64,000 bases of DNA. Origin: Saprolegnia diclina VS20 (taxonomy: Eukaryota). Under the pieces are notes generated by a model, which saw only the letters and a list, made by a program, of their open reading frames with translations, was not told the origin of the DNA and ran no database searches. Location: NCBI RefSeq assembly GCF_000281045.1, contig NW_008246096.1, forward strand, positions 39,727 through 103,726, in the 5' to 3' direction. Below are positions 11,154 to 20,690 of this stretch, piece by piece. The stretch's first letter is position 1; each line of letters begins with the position of its first letter. Made by a program: the position numbers and the translations under genes.

Positions 11154-12413
11154 ATGGCCCGCACGCAATGGCAGCGCGACCTGCGGCGCGCCGTGTGGCG
11201 GCAGCTAATGTTGGACCGCCACGAGCAGCACCCGCTGGTGCAAGGGGCGCTCTCTTCTCTGAGCGCTCTCTATGGCTCACTGAGTGCCCTTCGACGCAGC
11301 TATTATGCCTCACAACCGCGCCAGCGCCTGCCCCTGAGCACGATCAGCTTTGGCAATGTCACGTGGGGCGGGACGGGCAAGACGCCGTGCCTGCACCACG
11401 TCGCGCGGTACCTCGCTGGGCGTGATGTGCCCTTCATGCTTGTGTCTCGGGTACTTGCTGAAAGCTTGGGAAAATCGTCATTTCGCACGCGTAGGGCTAT
11501 GGCGACGACGAGTGGAAGATGTTTGCCGCCGAGTTCCCAGAGAGCACGTTGGCGCTAGGCGCGCACCGCTACAAGGCAGCAATGGCTCAGATATCAGCAC
11601 ACAAGAGGTGCCTCTTGGCTATACCACGTCTGAGCTTATTTGCTCGTGTAGTAGAAAGCCGGCGATCGCGCTCCTCGACGACGGTTTGCAGCAGTACTCG
11701 CTGCACAAAGATCTTGAAATCGTCATGCTGGACGCATACAATCCGTTTGGCAATGGCGCACTGCTGCCCCAAGGACGTTTGCGCGAGCGGCCCGAGGTGG
11801 CGCTGCCGCGCGCCGACATTGTGATCCTCCATCACGCCGACCACTTGGACCCTACCGACGTCGCCGCACTAACGACCCGCATTCGCCCGTATGGCCACTA
11901 CAGCCCATGAAGTATGCGCTGACCTCGCATCAAATTAGGTGGCTCCGACCGGACACGGTGGTCGCGACAACCCGCATGGAGATCACGGCGCTGCCCCTTG
12001 CGTCGGAGGCGGCTGCATGTGTCCAGACACGCGTGGCACCGCCTCTCGCGACGAAAGAAGCCGCGCTCGTCGTCGGCCTCTGTGGCATTGGCTGCCCCGC
12101 GTCGTTCGAGGACGCGTTGCGCAAGGTCTTTCCAGCGGCGGCGCTGCACATGGAAATCTTCCCAGACCACCACGCCTACACGACCGAGGATCTCCACTCG
12201 GTTGCCTCGGCGATCGAGACGCTACGAGATGGCCGCGACGTTCTTGTGGTGACGACCGAGAAGGACTTTTTCCGAACCCCCGCGCTTCTCCAGGCAAACT
12301 TGGGTGCTGACTACGAGCTCCGTGTCGCGCTGAGCCAACTGACCTTCATCCAAGAGCGTGCCGCTGTCTTTGCACGCATCGACAAGCTTCTCGCGACACC
12401 ACGTGAAGCGTAA
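11154..12413 (+). CDS. lpxK: Tetraacyldisaccharide (lipid A) 4'-kinase, about 4 exons
   Basis: ISFGNVTWGGTGKTP P-loop, SR|GYGDDE across intron 11451-11494, LLDDGLQ, PFGNGALLPQGRLRE, CGIGCPASF, FPDHHAYT, VVTTEKD; further introns near 11609-11652 and 11889-11938. Confidence 0.9.
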
Positions 12414-12833
12414 TTGCCTAAGCCCAAGTACCTCCGTACATGCTCTGCTTCACGTGCATCACCGCGGTTGAGTAACTTAGCTGCTCAGAGTCAATGCAGC
12501 GCGAAATGAAAGAACTGTCTGCGGCCAGCATAGACAAACAAACGCCTCCAAAGACGACGACGCCCACAGACACCACCCACGCAGTTGCGCTTGGTGCTGA
12601 CCATGTTCCGGCCCGTGCCGTCATTCGCAGACAAGACATGCAAGCTCTGCGTGTTCTATGCTAACGTGTCTTCGCAGCTCCTCCGCGACAAACAAATTGG
12701 CGTGTCGCATCCAGTGTATCGAAATCCAAACACTGGCTGGCTTATCACACGGGCGCATAAATCAGCGACCGCAAAAAACGACCACTCTGCCGGGCCAAGA
12801 TACGCACGCAAGAAATCAAGCAGATATCCACCA

Positions 12834-12850
12834 GCTCATTCTACAACTTT
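12834..12850 (+). promoter_or_regulatory. Oomycete Inr/FPR core promoter (mirrored near 10106-10122 on the minus strand)
   Basis: GCTCATTCTACAACTTT about 50-65 nt upstream of ATG 12899. Confidence 0.65.
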
Positions 12851-12898
12851 CCACTTCCCAGCACCACTCCACTGCCTCACAGCTGCTGTCCTGCTTCC

Positions 12899-14545
12899 AT
12901 GGCCTCGACACCAACCGCCGCCTACGTCACGGCGCCAACCACGCCGACGACCCAGCCCAAGCCGGACGTGTTTCTTCCGATGAAGAGCTCGCCGAAAGCC
13001 AAGGCCGACGACCTCAAACGCACCGGGTCCACCGGCTCGCTTCGCGCATCCCGCCGATCCACGTCCCGCGTCCGCCTCAGTCGCCTCGAAGCCATGCTGC
13101 CCGACGAGACCGCGGCCGCGCTCATGCCGACGTCGGCGCTGTACATTACGGCAGCCGTCGCGCTCATCGGGTGCCTCCAGGTCGGCTGGTGCCTCGTGCA
13201 GCTCAACTACCGTCCGTTCAACCTCGAGTGCGAAAAAGTGCCGATTCCGGACGAAGCGTGCGTCATGTTTGCGGGTCACTCGGAGAACGAGTGGACGCTG
13301 GCCATCTCTACGTGGATTCTCGGCGCGGCCATTGGCGCCATGGGCAGCGGTGTGCCCGCCGACAAGTTTGGCCGGAAGCGGTCGCTCTTTCTCAACGCGA
13401 TCGTGATCATCGTCGGTGGCGCCGTCCAAGCCGCGTCCACGGAAGTCTACCTCTTCTCGGTCGGTCGGTTCATCTCGGGCCTCGCATCTGGCGCGGCCAT
13501 CAACGTCGCCAACATCCTCATCACGGAGATCTCGCCCACGCACATGCGCGGTACGCTCGGCACCGGTATCCAGATCTTCATTGCGTCCGGCGCGCTCCTG
13601 GTGACGACGTGCCACTACTTTGTCGGCTTCTCGTACGGCTGGCGCTTCCTCGTCGGGTTCCCGGTCGTCATGGGTGCGGTCCAAATCTTCTTGCTGCCGT
13701 TCACGGCCAAGAGCCCTGTCTGGCTCGTCGCCCACCAGCAGCACGACGAAGCTGTTGCGGAAATGACGCGTCTGTATATTGCGCCCATCGACACCAAGGC
13801 GATGCTGCAAGCGATGATCGCGGCCCACGAAGAGGAAGAGAAGGAGCAGGCCGAGATCAACGCGTGGCAAGCGCTCCTCTCCAAGCGCTATCGCAAGCAA
13901 CTCATCATCGCAGTCGTGCTCTGCTCGGCGCAGCAGCTCTGCGGTATCACGGCCATCATGTACTACTCGTCCGACATCTTTTTTGACGCCGGCATCACGG
14001 ACCCGCGCGTCGGCAACACGATCGTCAACATTGTGCGCACGGGCGGCATCCTCGTCGCGTCACGCATCATGGACAAGGTCAAGCGCCGCACTTTGCTCGT
14101 GTCGGGCCTCTCGGCCATGGCCATCGCGGCGCTCGGCGTTGTCTTTTCGCTCATTTACGCCAACCCGATCGTGTCGCTCGTCTCGACGGCAATCTTTGTC
14201 GGCGCCTTCTCGCTCTCGATCGGCCCGATGGCGTGGATGCTCACGGCCGAGATCTTTCCCGACTTTCTCCACGCCAAGGCCGGCGGCGTCGGCACCATGA
14301 CCACGTGGATCGCCGATCTCATCGTCGGCCTCTTCTACCCGTCGATCGCAGCCGCCAACGCGCTCTCCAACTATGCGTTCCTCCTCTTCTTCGCCTTCCT
14401 CGTCGGCTACGCGTCCTTTACGTACATTATGCTCCCCGAGACGTCGCACAAGACCTCGGACGAGATCCAGCTGCTCTTCAACCCGCTCCCGGTTTCGTCG
14501 CCCAAAGCTCAAGTCGAATTGGACCCGTACGCGAGCATCGACTAG
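12899..14545 (+). CDS. MFS sugar porter (GLUT-like) transporter, 548 aa
   Basis: PADKFGRK, GRFISG, TEISP..RG, QQLCGITA, GPMAW, AEIFP, LPET motifs; intronless. Confidence 0.93.
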   Translation: MASTPTAAYVTAPTTPTTQPKPDVFLPMKSSPKAKADDLKRTGSTGSLRASRRSTSRVRLSRLEAMLPDETAAALMPTSALYITAAVALIGCLQVGWCLVQLNYRPFNLECEKVPIPDEACVMFAGHSENEWTLAISTWILGAAIGAMGSGVPADKFGRKRSLFLNAIVIIVGGAVQAASTEVYLFSVGRFISGLASGAAINVANILITEISPTHMRGTLGTGIQIFIASGALLVTTCHYFVGFSYGWRFLVGFPVVMGAVQIFLLPFTAKSPVWLVAHQQHDEAVAEMTRLYIAPIDTKAMLQAMIAAHEEEEKEQAEINAWQALLSKRYRKQLIIAVVLCSAQQLCGITAIMYYSSDIFFDAGITDPRVGNTIVNIVRTGGILVASRIMDKVKRRTLLVSGLSAMAIAALGVVFSLIYANPIVSLVSTAIFVGAFSLSIGPMAWMLTAEIFPDFLHAKAGGVGTMTTWIADLIVGLFYPSIAAANALSNYAFLLFFAFLVGYASFTYIMLPETSHKTSDEIQLLFNPLPVSSPKAQVELDPYASID

Positions 14546-15466
14546 GTACCCCACTAGATTTATAAACTAATTTGTGTGTTTTGTCATGACATGTCGTGGT
14601 TGCTTTGGAACGACTATACAACGCGTCATACATGTACCTTTGGGTGTCGATTTAGTCGTAGTTAGTCGGTGCGTAGTCGGTGAGGATCGACTAAAGTCGA
14701 GATGTTGATATTGGATTTGAAAGGTTTTTGAAACCTCGCACATCAAATGATTTCAAAATGCATCTTTTTTCGCGAGGCCAACTTCAAGGTGCGGGACTGT
14801 GCAGTCCATGTACCGTGCGACGAGGGCGGTGGCCAATCATACAACGTTTGCACACCGGCGTCGTGCTTGGTGTCGCGACAAGTGCGAGGATCGCGGATGG
14901 TTTTTTCAGCCGCCACTGTATTGTGTGGGAGTGTTGGACCAAGACCATGGCAAGACGGTGGCCCGACTGATTCGTATTGCTCCTGAAGCACATTCTGCAC
15001 GGCTCAAACGACGTCCTCTGCTCCTTAGAGATTCGCTTTGTTGTGAAAACAAAGAGGGCAACTTGACCTGGGATTACACCGGTGTAAGTCAGCGTGGCCT
15101 TTGGCGGAGCTTCAAGGAGGCATGGCGATCTTGCATGTCTTCGTCGCGACAACTTCAAACGCGCGTTGCTTGTCGCTCGTTGAAATCACCACGCTACATG
15201 TATATAGCTTGCTATCGACTGTATTGCCAGTGTTCATGGCTTTTCTCGGAGCTCGCGCAGTTTTGTGCTCCCGAATCAATTTGCTGCGTGCTATTCGTCG
15301 ACTGGCCTCGTCGAGGATGTGACGTGGCGCATCACCTTGAGCTGAAATGCAAACTCATCAGGCGCAACCGACATAGAATGGGTGCATCGCAGAGCCACGC
15401 GATGGAACGAGCGGTCCGCGATCTCTAAACCTCGTCGTCCGGCACTTTGGCACTTGGCAACTTGCA

Positions 15467-17092
15467 ATGGCCGGCACACCACAGCTTCCACCAACGACCA
15501 CCTTTGGTGGCGTCTCTACGCCCAAGCCCGACGTCTTTGTGGCGATACCGCCATCGTCGCCGACGATGTACGATATGAAACGAGCGACGTCGCGGTCCAC
15601 GAACCGGTCGTCCTCTCGGCGGCACCTCAGCCGCCTCGAGTCGATGATCCCCGAGGAGCAATTCAAGGCGCTCCAGCCAACGCGCGCTTTGTACGTCACC
15701 ATCACGGTTGCGCTCATGGGCACCTTCCAACTCGGCTGGATCCTCACGCAGCTCAACTACAAGCCGTTCAACTCCAAGTGCGGCAAGAGCCCGATTCCGG
15801 CAGACAACTGCATCATGTTTCCAGGTCACTCGGGCACCGAGTGGACGATGGCGGTCACGTCCTGGACCATCGGCGCGGCCATCGGTACCATTGGTAGCAG
15901 CTTTCCTGCTGACAAGTATGGACGTCAACGCACCTTGTACCTCAACGCGATCGTCATGATAATTGGTGCGGGGCTCCAGAGCGTGGCTACGGGCATATAC
16001 CTCTTTGCGTTTGGCCGCCTCGTCTCGGGTATCGCTGCTGGCGCCGCTGTCAACGTCGCCAACGTCCTCGTCTCCGAGATCTCGCCGATGGAGATGCGCG
16101 GTCTTTTCGCAACGGGCCTTCAAGTCGCGATTGCATTCGGCTCGCTCGCCGTCACAACGTGCCACTACTTTATCGGCTACTCGTACGGCTGGCGGCTCCT
16201 TGTTGGCTTCCCGATCGCGCTCGGAGGGCTCCAGATCTTTCTTCTTCCGTTCACGGCCAAGAGTCCTGTGTGGCTCATCTCTGTCGGCAAGCCCGAATTG
16301 GCCCTCGCTGAACTCAACCGGTTGTACCTGCCGTGCGATACGGAGGCCATTTTGCACGCAATTCAAGCGTCGCACGACGAGATGGTCGAGGAGACGGTGG
16401 GCATCAACCCGTGGCAGTCGCTCTTCTCGAAACGCTACCACCTTCAGCTCACGATCGCGATCGTGCTCTGCGTGGCCAAGCAGCTCTGCGGTATCAACGC
16501 CGTCATGTACTACTCGTCGTCCATCTTTGCAAGCGCCGGCGTGAACGACCCGCGCATTGGCAACACGATCATCAACGTGGTCCGTACCATTGGTATGGTG
16601 TTTGCCGCCAAGGTCATGGACAAGTTCCATCGGCGGACGCTTCTCCTCTTTGGTATGGGCGTCATGGCGGCGGCGGCGACCTGCATCTCGATCTCGCTCA
16701 TCTACGCCAGTCCCATTCTCTCTGTGCTTGCGACGGCAACGTATGTCGGCGCGTACTGCTTCTCAATCGGCTCAATGGCGTGGATGGTCACCGCCGAGAT
16801 CTTCCCGGACTTTTTACATGCGAGCGCGGGTGGCATCGGCACCATGTTTACGTTCAGCGGTGATTTTCTGGTCGGTATCTCGTACCCGACGCTCTCCAAG
16901 CCGGATGTGCTCAGCGACTATGCGTTCCTCATCTTCCTTGGCTTCCTCGTCGTCTTCATCGTCTTTACGTACTTTGTTGTGCCCGAGACGGCCCAGCGCA
17001 CGTTTGACGAAATCCAAGCCGAGTTTGACCGCGTCTCGCCGCCGTCGCCCAAGCCTGTCACGGAAGTCGACCCGTTCGACAGCTTCAAGTAG
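15467..17092 (+). CDS. MFS sugar porter (GLUT-like) transporter, 541 aa
   Basis: Sugar porter motifs; inverted paralog of 6003-7625. Confidence 0.93.
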   Translation: MAGTPQLPPTTTFGGVSTPKPDVFVAIPPSSPTMYDMKRATSRSTNRSSSRRHLSRLESMIPEEQFKALQPTRALYVTITVALMGTFQLGWILTQLNYKPFNSKCGKSPIPADNCIMFPGHSGTEWTMAVTSWTIGAAIGTIGSSFPADKYGRQRTLYLNAIVMIIGAGLQSVATGIYLFAFGRLVSGIAAGAAVNVANVLVSEISPMEMRGLFATGLQVAIAFGSLAVTTCHYFIGYSYGWRLLVGFPIALGGLQIFLLPFTAKSPVWLISVGKPELALAELNRLYLPCDTEAILHAIQASHDEMVEETVGINPWQSLFSKRYHLQLTIAIVLCVAKQLCGINAVMYYSSSIFASAGVNDPRIGNTIINVVRTIGMVFAAKVMDKFHRRTLLLFGMGVMAAAATCISISLIYASPILSVLATATYVGAYCFSIGSMAWMVTAEIFPDFLHASAGGIGTMFTFSGDFLVGISYPTLSKPDVLSDYAFLIFLGFLVVFIVFTYFVVPETAQRTFDEIQAEFDRVSPPSPKPVTEVDPFDSFK

Positions 17093-17643
17093 ACGTCTGC
17101 TAGACAACGTTGGATATTGTCGGGTTGTATAAACTATTTGTTATGAAATCGATTTGCTCTACGCCGCGTATGGATTGTTGTCCGCGTATGGGCTTTTTTC
17201 TGTTTGTGGGCATTCAGGCAACGTGGCGCTTCCACACGTCTTGCGCTTATGTGTGCGGCTGAGGCGTTACCCTTCATTGGTGCGCCTTTCAGGTCGTCCC
17301 TATTTGCACTTGGACGCTCGTGATATGTAGTGTCATAATGGCGATTGGCCGAGGGTGATAGCGGAAGTCGGTTGCCAACCAAGACACTCGAAGCGACCCA
17401 TCCCCAGGATGAGAGAACGTTGTGCCAAGTTGGATCAGCATTGAGCGTTTCGCTGTTGATTTTGTTGGCTTTGCCATTTCACCGACCGTTTCGGCTTTTT
17501 CTATGACGTGGCATCCTGAAATTCAATTGGATGGCACCTACTTTAGCACAAAAACACGCGGTGTTTCTAAAGGTTGAAGTCAATATAGAACCAGCCACTG
17601 ACAGCCGGTCCTTGCCCGCTTGGCTGCCATTACTGATCACAGG

Positions 17644-19338
17644 ATGGCATCCCGGACCGGCCTCGACGCGTCGCCCAACCGGGTGCCGACGGCGCACTCG
17701 ACTGAGGGCACGTTTGGCCCCAACAGCGCCGGCGATCTTGGTGACGACGACATCGACGACGACGACGATGACGTGTACATGCCGGTGCAGTTCTCACCCA
17801 AGCCGGGCGCAAGGAAACGACTGAGCTCGCCGTCGTGGCGCGCGTCCCGCCGAAGCACGTCGCGGCATCAACTCAGCCGGCTCGAGTCGATGCTCCACGA
17901 AGAGCACTCGAAAGCGCTCATCCCGGCGCCGATCCTGTACGCAACGATCACGGTCGCGCTCATGGGCTCGTTCCAGTTTGGTTGGCTCATGTCCCAGCTC
18001 AACTTTCGGCCCTTTGACGACAACTGCGCGCTGCGTCCGATCCCTGAGAGAGACTGCATCATGTTTCCCGGCCACTCGGAGAACGAGTGGACGATGGCGG
18101 TCTCGGCGTGGATCCTCGGCGGCGCAATCGGGGCCATGGGCAGCGGGTACCCCGCCGACAAGTACGGCCGGCAGAAAACGCTGCTGCTCAATGCGATCGT
18201 CATGATCGCCGGTGGCCTCCTCCAAGCTATTTCGAGTGAGATCTACCTCTTCTCGATCGGCCGGCTCGTCTCGGGCATTGCGTCCGGCGCCGCCATCAAC
18301 GTCTGCAACGTGCTCATCTCGGAGATCTCGCCGTGCCACATGCGCGGGATGTTCTCGACCGGGCTTCAGGTCGGCGTCGCGTTTGGGTCGTTGGCGGTAA
18401 CCACAGTCCACTACGTCGTCGGCTATGGCAACGGCTGGCGCGTCCTCGTCGGGTTCCCGATCGTGCTCGGCTTTATCCAAATGCTCTTGTTTCCGCTTAC
18501 GACGAAGAGCCCGGTCTGGCTCATTGCGCAAGGCGACCACGACGGCGCGCTCGACGAGCTCAAGCGCTTGTACCGCCCGTGCAACACGGACGCAATTGTA
18601 AACGCGCTCATCGCGGCGCACGACGAAGAGGAGCACGAGGTCCTTGGCATCAACCCGTGGCGCGCGCTCTTCTCCAAGAAATACCGCAAGCAGCTCATCA
18701 TCGCGGTCGTGCTTTGCTCGGCGCAGCAGCTCTGCGGCATCAATGCCATCATGTACTACTCGTCCGACATCTTTTATCACGCCGGCGTGGAGGACCCGCG
18801 CGTCGGCAACACGATCGTCAACGTCGTCCGCACGGGCGGCATCCTCGTGGCCGCACGCATCATGGACAAGGTTCAGCGGCGCACTTTGCTGCTCAATTTC
18901 ATGTCGCTCATGGTGCTCGCGTCCGTCGGCGTCGTCGTCTCGCTCACGCAAGGCTACTCGGCGCTCTCGATTGTCTCGGCGACGATCTTTGTCGGCGCCT
19001 TTTGCTTTTCGATCGGCCCGATGGCGTGGATGGTCACGGGCGAAATCTTTCCCGATTTTCTACATGCGAGCGCCGGCGCCCTTGGCACAATGGCAACGTG
19101 GGTCGCCAACCTCCTCGTGGGCATTTTGTACCCGACGCTCTCGCAGAAGGACGTGCTCGGCGACTATGCATTTTTGATTTTTGTGGCGACGCTTGTCGGC
19201 TACACGCTCTTTGTATATTTTGTCGTGCCGGAAACAGGCCAAAAGACGTTTGACGAGATCCAAGCGCTCTTCAACATATCGCCTGCGCCGCCCACGATCG
19301 ACTTGGACGACGCCGACCCGTGGGGCGAGTACATTTAA
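17644..19338 (+). CDS. MFS sugar porter (GLUT-like) transporter
   Basis: First ATG gives MASRTGLDAS; motifs ADKYGRQ, GRLVSG, QQLCGINA, GPMAW, GEIFP, VPET; closest to the 3789 and 1-737 paralogs. Confidence 0.92.
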   Translation: MASRTGLDASPNRVPTAHSTEGTFGPNSAGDLGDDDIDDDDDDVYMPVQFSPKPGARKRLSSPSWRASRRSTSRHQLSRLESMLHEEHSKALIPAPILYATITVALMGSFQFGWLMSQLNFRPFDDNCALRPIPERDCIMFPGHSENEWTMAVSAWILGGAIGAMGSGYPADKYGRQKTLLLNAIVMIAGGLLQAISSEIYLFSIGRLVSGIASGAAINVCNVLISEISPCHMRGMFSTGLQVGVAFGSLAVTTVHYVVGYGNGWRVLVGFPIVLGFIQMLLFPLTTKSPVWLIAQGDHDGALDELKRLYRPCNTDAIVNALIAAHDEEEHEVLGINPWRALFSKKYRKQLIIAVVLCSAQQLCGINAIMYYSSDIFYHAGVEDPRVGNTIVNVVRTGGILVAARIMDKVQRRTLLLNFMSLMVLASVGVVVSLTQGYSALSIVSATIFVGAFCFSIGPMAWMVTGEIFPDFLHASAGALGTMATWVANLLVGILYPTLSQKDVLGDYAFLIFVATLVGYTLFVYFVVPETGQKTFDEIQALFNISPAPPTIDLDDADPWGEYI

Positions 19339-19635
19339 GAATCTAACTTAACACACACTGAAAAATCTTGTTTCGATTCGACAATTTTTGGTCGCGTTGT
19401 ATCTTGTCGAGTTTGTCGTCGCGACTGTGCATGGACTGCCGATGGCAACCCACTTGGTTGTGTGCGTGAGTCGTTCGCCACACCAAAACGAGCGCCACCG
19501 CGTAGTGAAAAGACGAATCCAGGAATCAAAATGCGGTAATCGCGATATACGATATACGAGAGAGCAGGAAGAAGAACTTTACATTGGGTTCATTCCGCCA
19601 CATTTTGGTCCAGAATATACCTTTTGCAACGAAAG

Positions 19636-20690
19636 TTAGTCGTCGGTGATGACGGGCAGAGGGCCCGGCAGCAAAACAACGTGGCCAGATTCAGAGGTGG
19701 GCGTCATGAGCTCGCACGCATAGGCAAAGAGGTGGACGCCGGCCGCCTTGGCGCGTGCGCAGAGAGCTGCGAACGCAGGGTCGTGCGCTGTCGACGGCGC
19801 AAACGAGCTGCTGTCGCGCCGCTGGATTACAAACACGATGGTTGGCTGGATCGACGTCCCGTGCGACGCTTGGAGCGCGATCAGTTCTTCCACGTGCTTT
19901 TGCGCGCGCGTCGAGACCGTGTCGGGGAAGACCGCGCGGCCGTTCTCCGTCAGTAGCGTCACGCTCTTGACTTCAATGTAATACGTTTTGGCATCGGTCT
20001 CGACGACAAAGTCGATGCGGCTATGGGCTGTGTGCTTGACCTCGGCCGAAATCTTGGTGATGCGCGCGTGCCCGACGACGTCCGGCAGCCAGCCGTGGCG
20101 AAGTGCATTCCCGACCATCGCGTTGGCCGACGTCGAATGCACGCCAACCCACTCGAGCCCTTGGCCGTTCTACGCAGTCGCTGTCATTCCAATAGCAATG
20201 ACAGAAGGAGGCGTACGTCAACTTGGATTTGCTCGAGCGTGTGGGCGTACTTGCGCTTTGGGTTGTCGCTCAATGACAGCTGCACGTTGGCGAGTGGCAT
20301 GTCCAAGAGACCCACCATGGGCCCGGTGTTGGGGCAGTGCACGGTCACGACCTCGTCGTTCGCTAGCTGGATGTCGGCAAGGAATCGCTTGTACCGCTTG
20401 AGCAGCTTGCCTTGCACGAGGCGAGGGTACGTGTACACAACGCGCGCATCGGCGTCGGCAGCGAGAGCTACGATTTCCAGCGACTTGCCTGGTTTGGCGG
20501 CCGCCGCCTTGGCACGCTTGGGTGGCGTGCGTTCTTTCGCGATGGCATCGACCGACGCCGCCTTGGGCGCCCGCTTGGGCTTCTTGGGCGCATCGACAAG
20601 GTCGCCCAGGAGCTCCTTCGTGGCGCTGCTGCTAGAGCGCAGGCGACGTCGCGTGGCGGCCATGGTCACGAGACTTATGCGCTGGAGCAT
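19636..20690 (-). CDS. sfsA: SfsA-family (sugar fermentation stimulation protein A, PD-(D/E)XK-like) protein, 2 exons, with N-terminal extension
   Basis: [70 protein letters not shown]; a GT-AG intron at 20170-20216 joins the two ORF-track pieces in frame. Confidence 0.9.

Larger units (their letters stand above)
8365..14591. repeat. Large inverted repeat, arms about 8365-10123 and 12833-14591, with a spacer of about 2.7 kb
   Basis: Arms are reverse complements through the CDS, 5' leader and 3' UTR (tgtcatgacaaaacacacaaattagtttataaatctagtggggtacc vs its reverse complement near 14546-14591). Confidence 0.95.

Noticed and set aside
12418..12639. 73-aa minus-strand ORF with one hydrophobic stretch
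   Set aside because: No motif and no codon-bias support; lies between lpxK and the transporter promoter.
8365..14591. Inverted arms as transposon TIRs or a composite transposon carrying lpxK
   Set aside because: The arms are whole transporter genes; no transposase or target-site duplication is visible.
14647..14700. Imperfect hairpin with TAGTCG repeats, MITE-like
   Set aside because: Very short, single copy in the window, no target-site duplication seen.
6465..18951. Long antisense and alternate-frame ORFs over the transporter genes (e.g. 8402-10120 +, 12658-13986 +, 15425-16630 -, 17794-18951 -)
   Set aside because: Shadow ORFs caused by GC3-rich codon usage; the translations are Arg/Asp-rich with no motifs.
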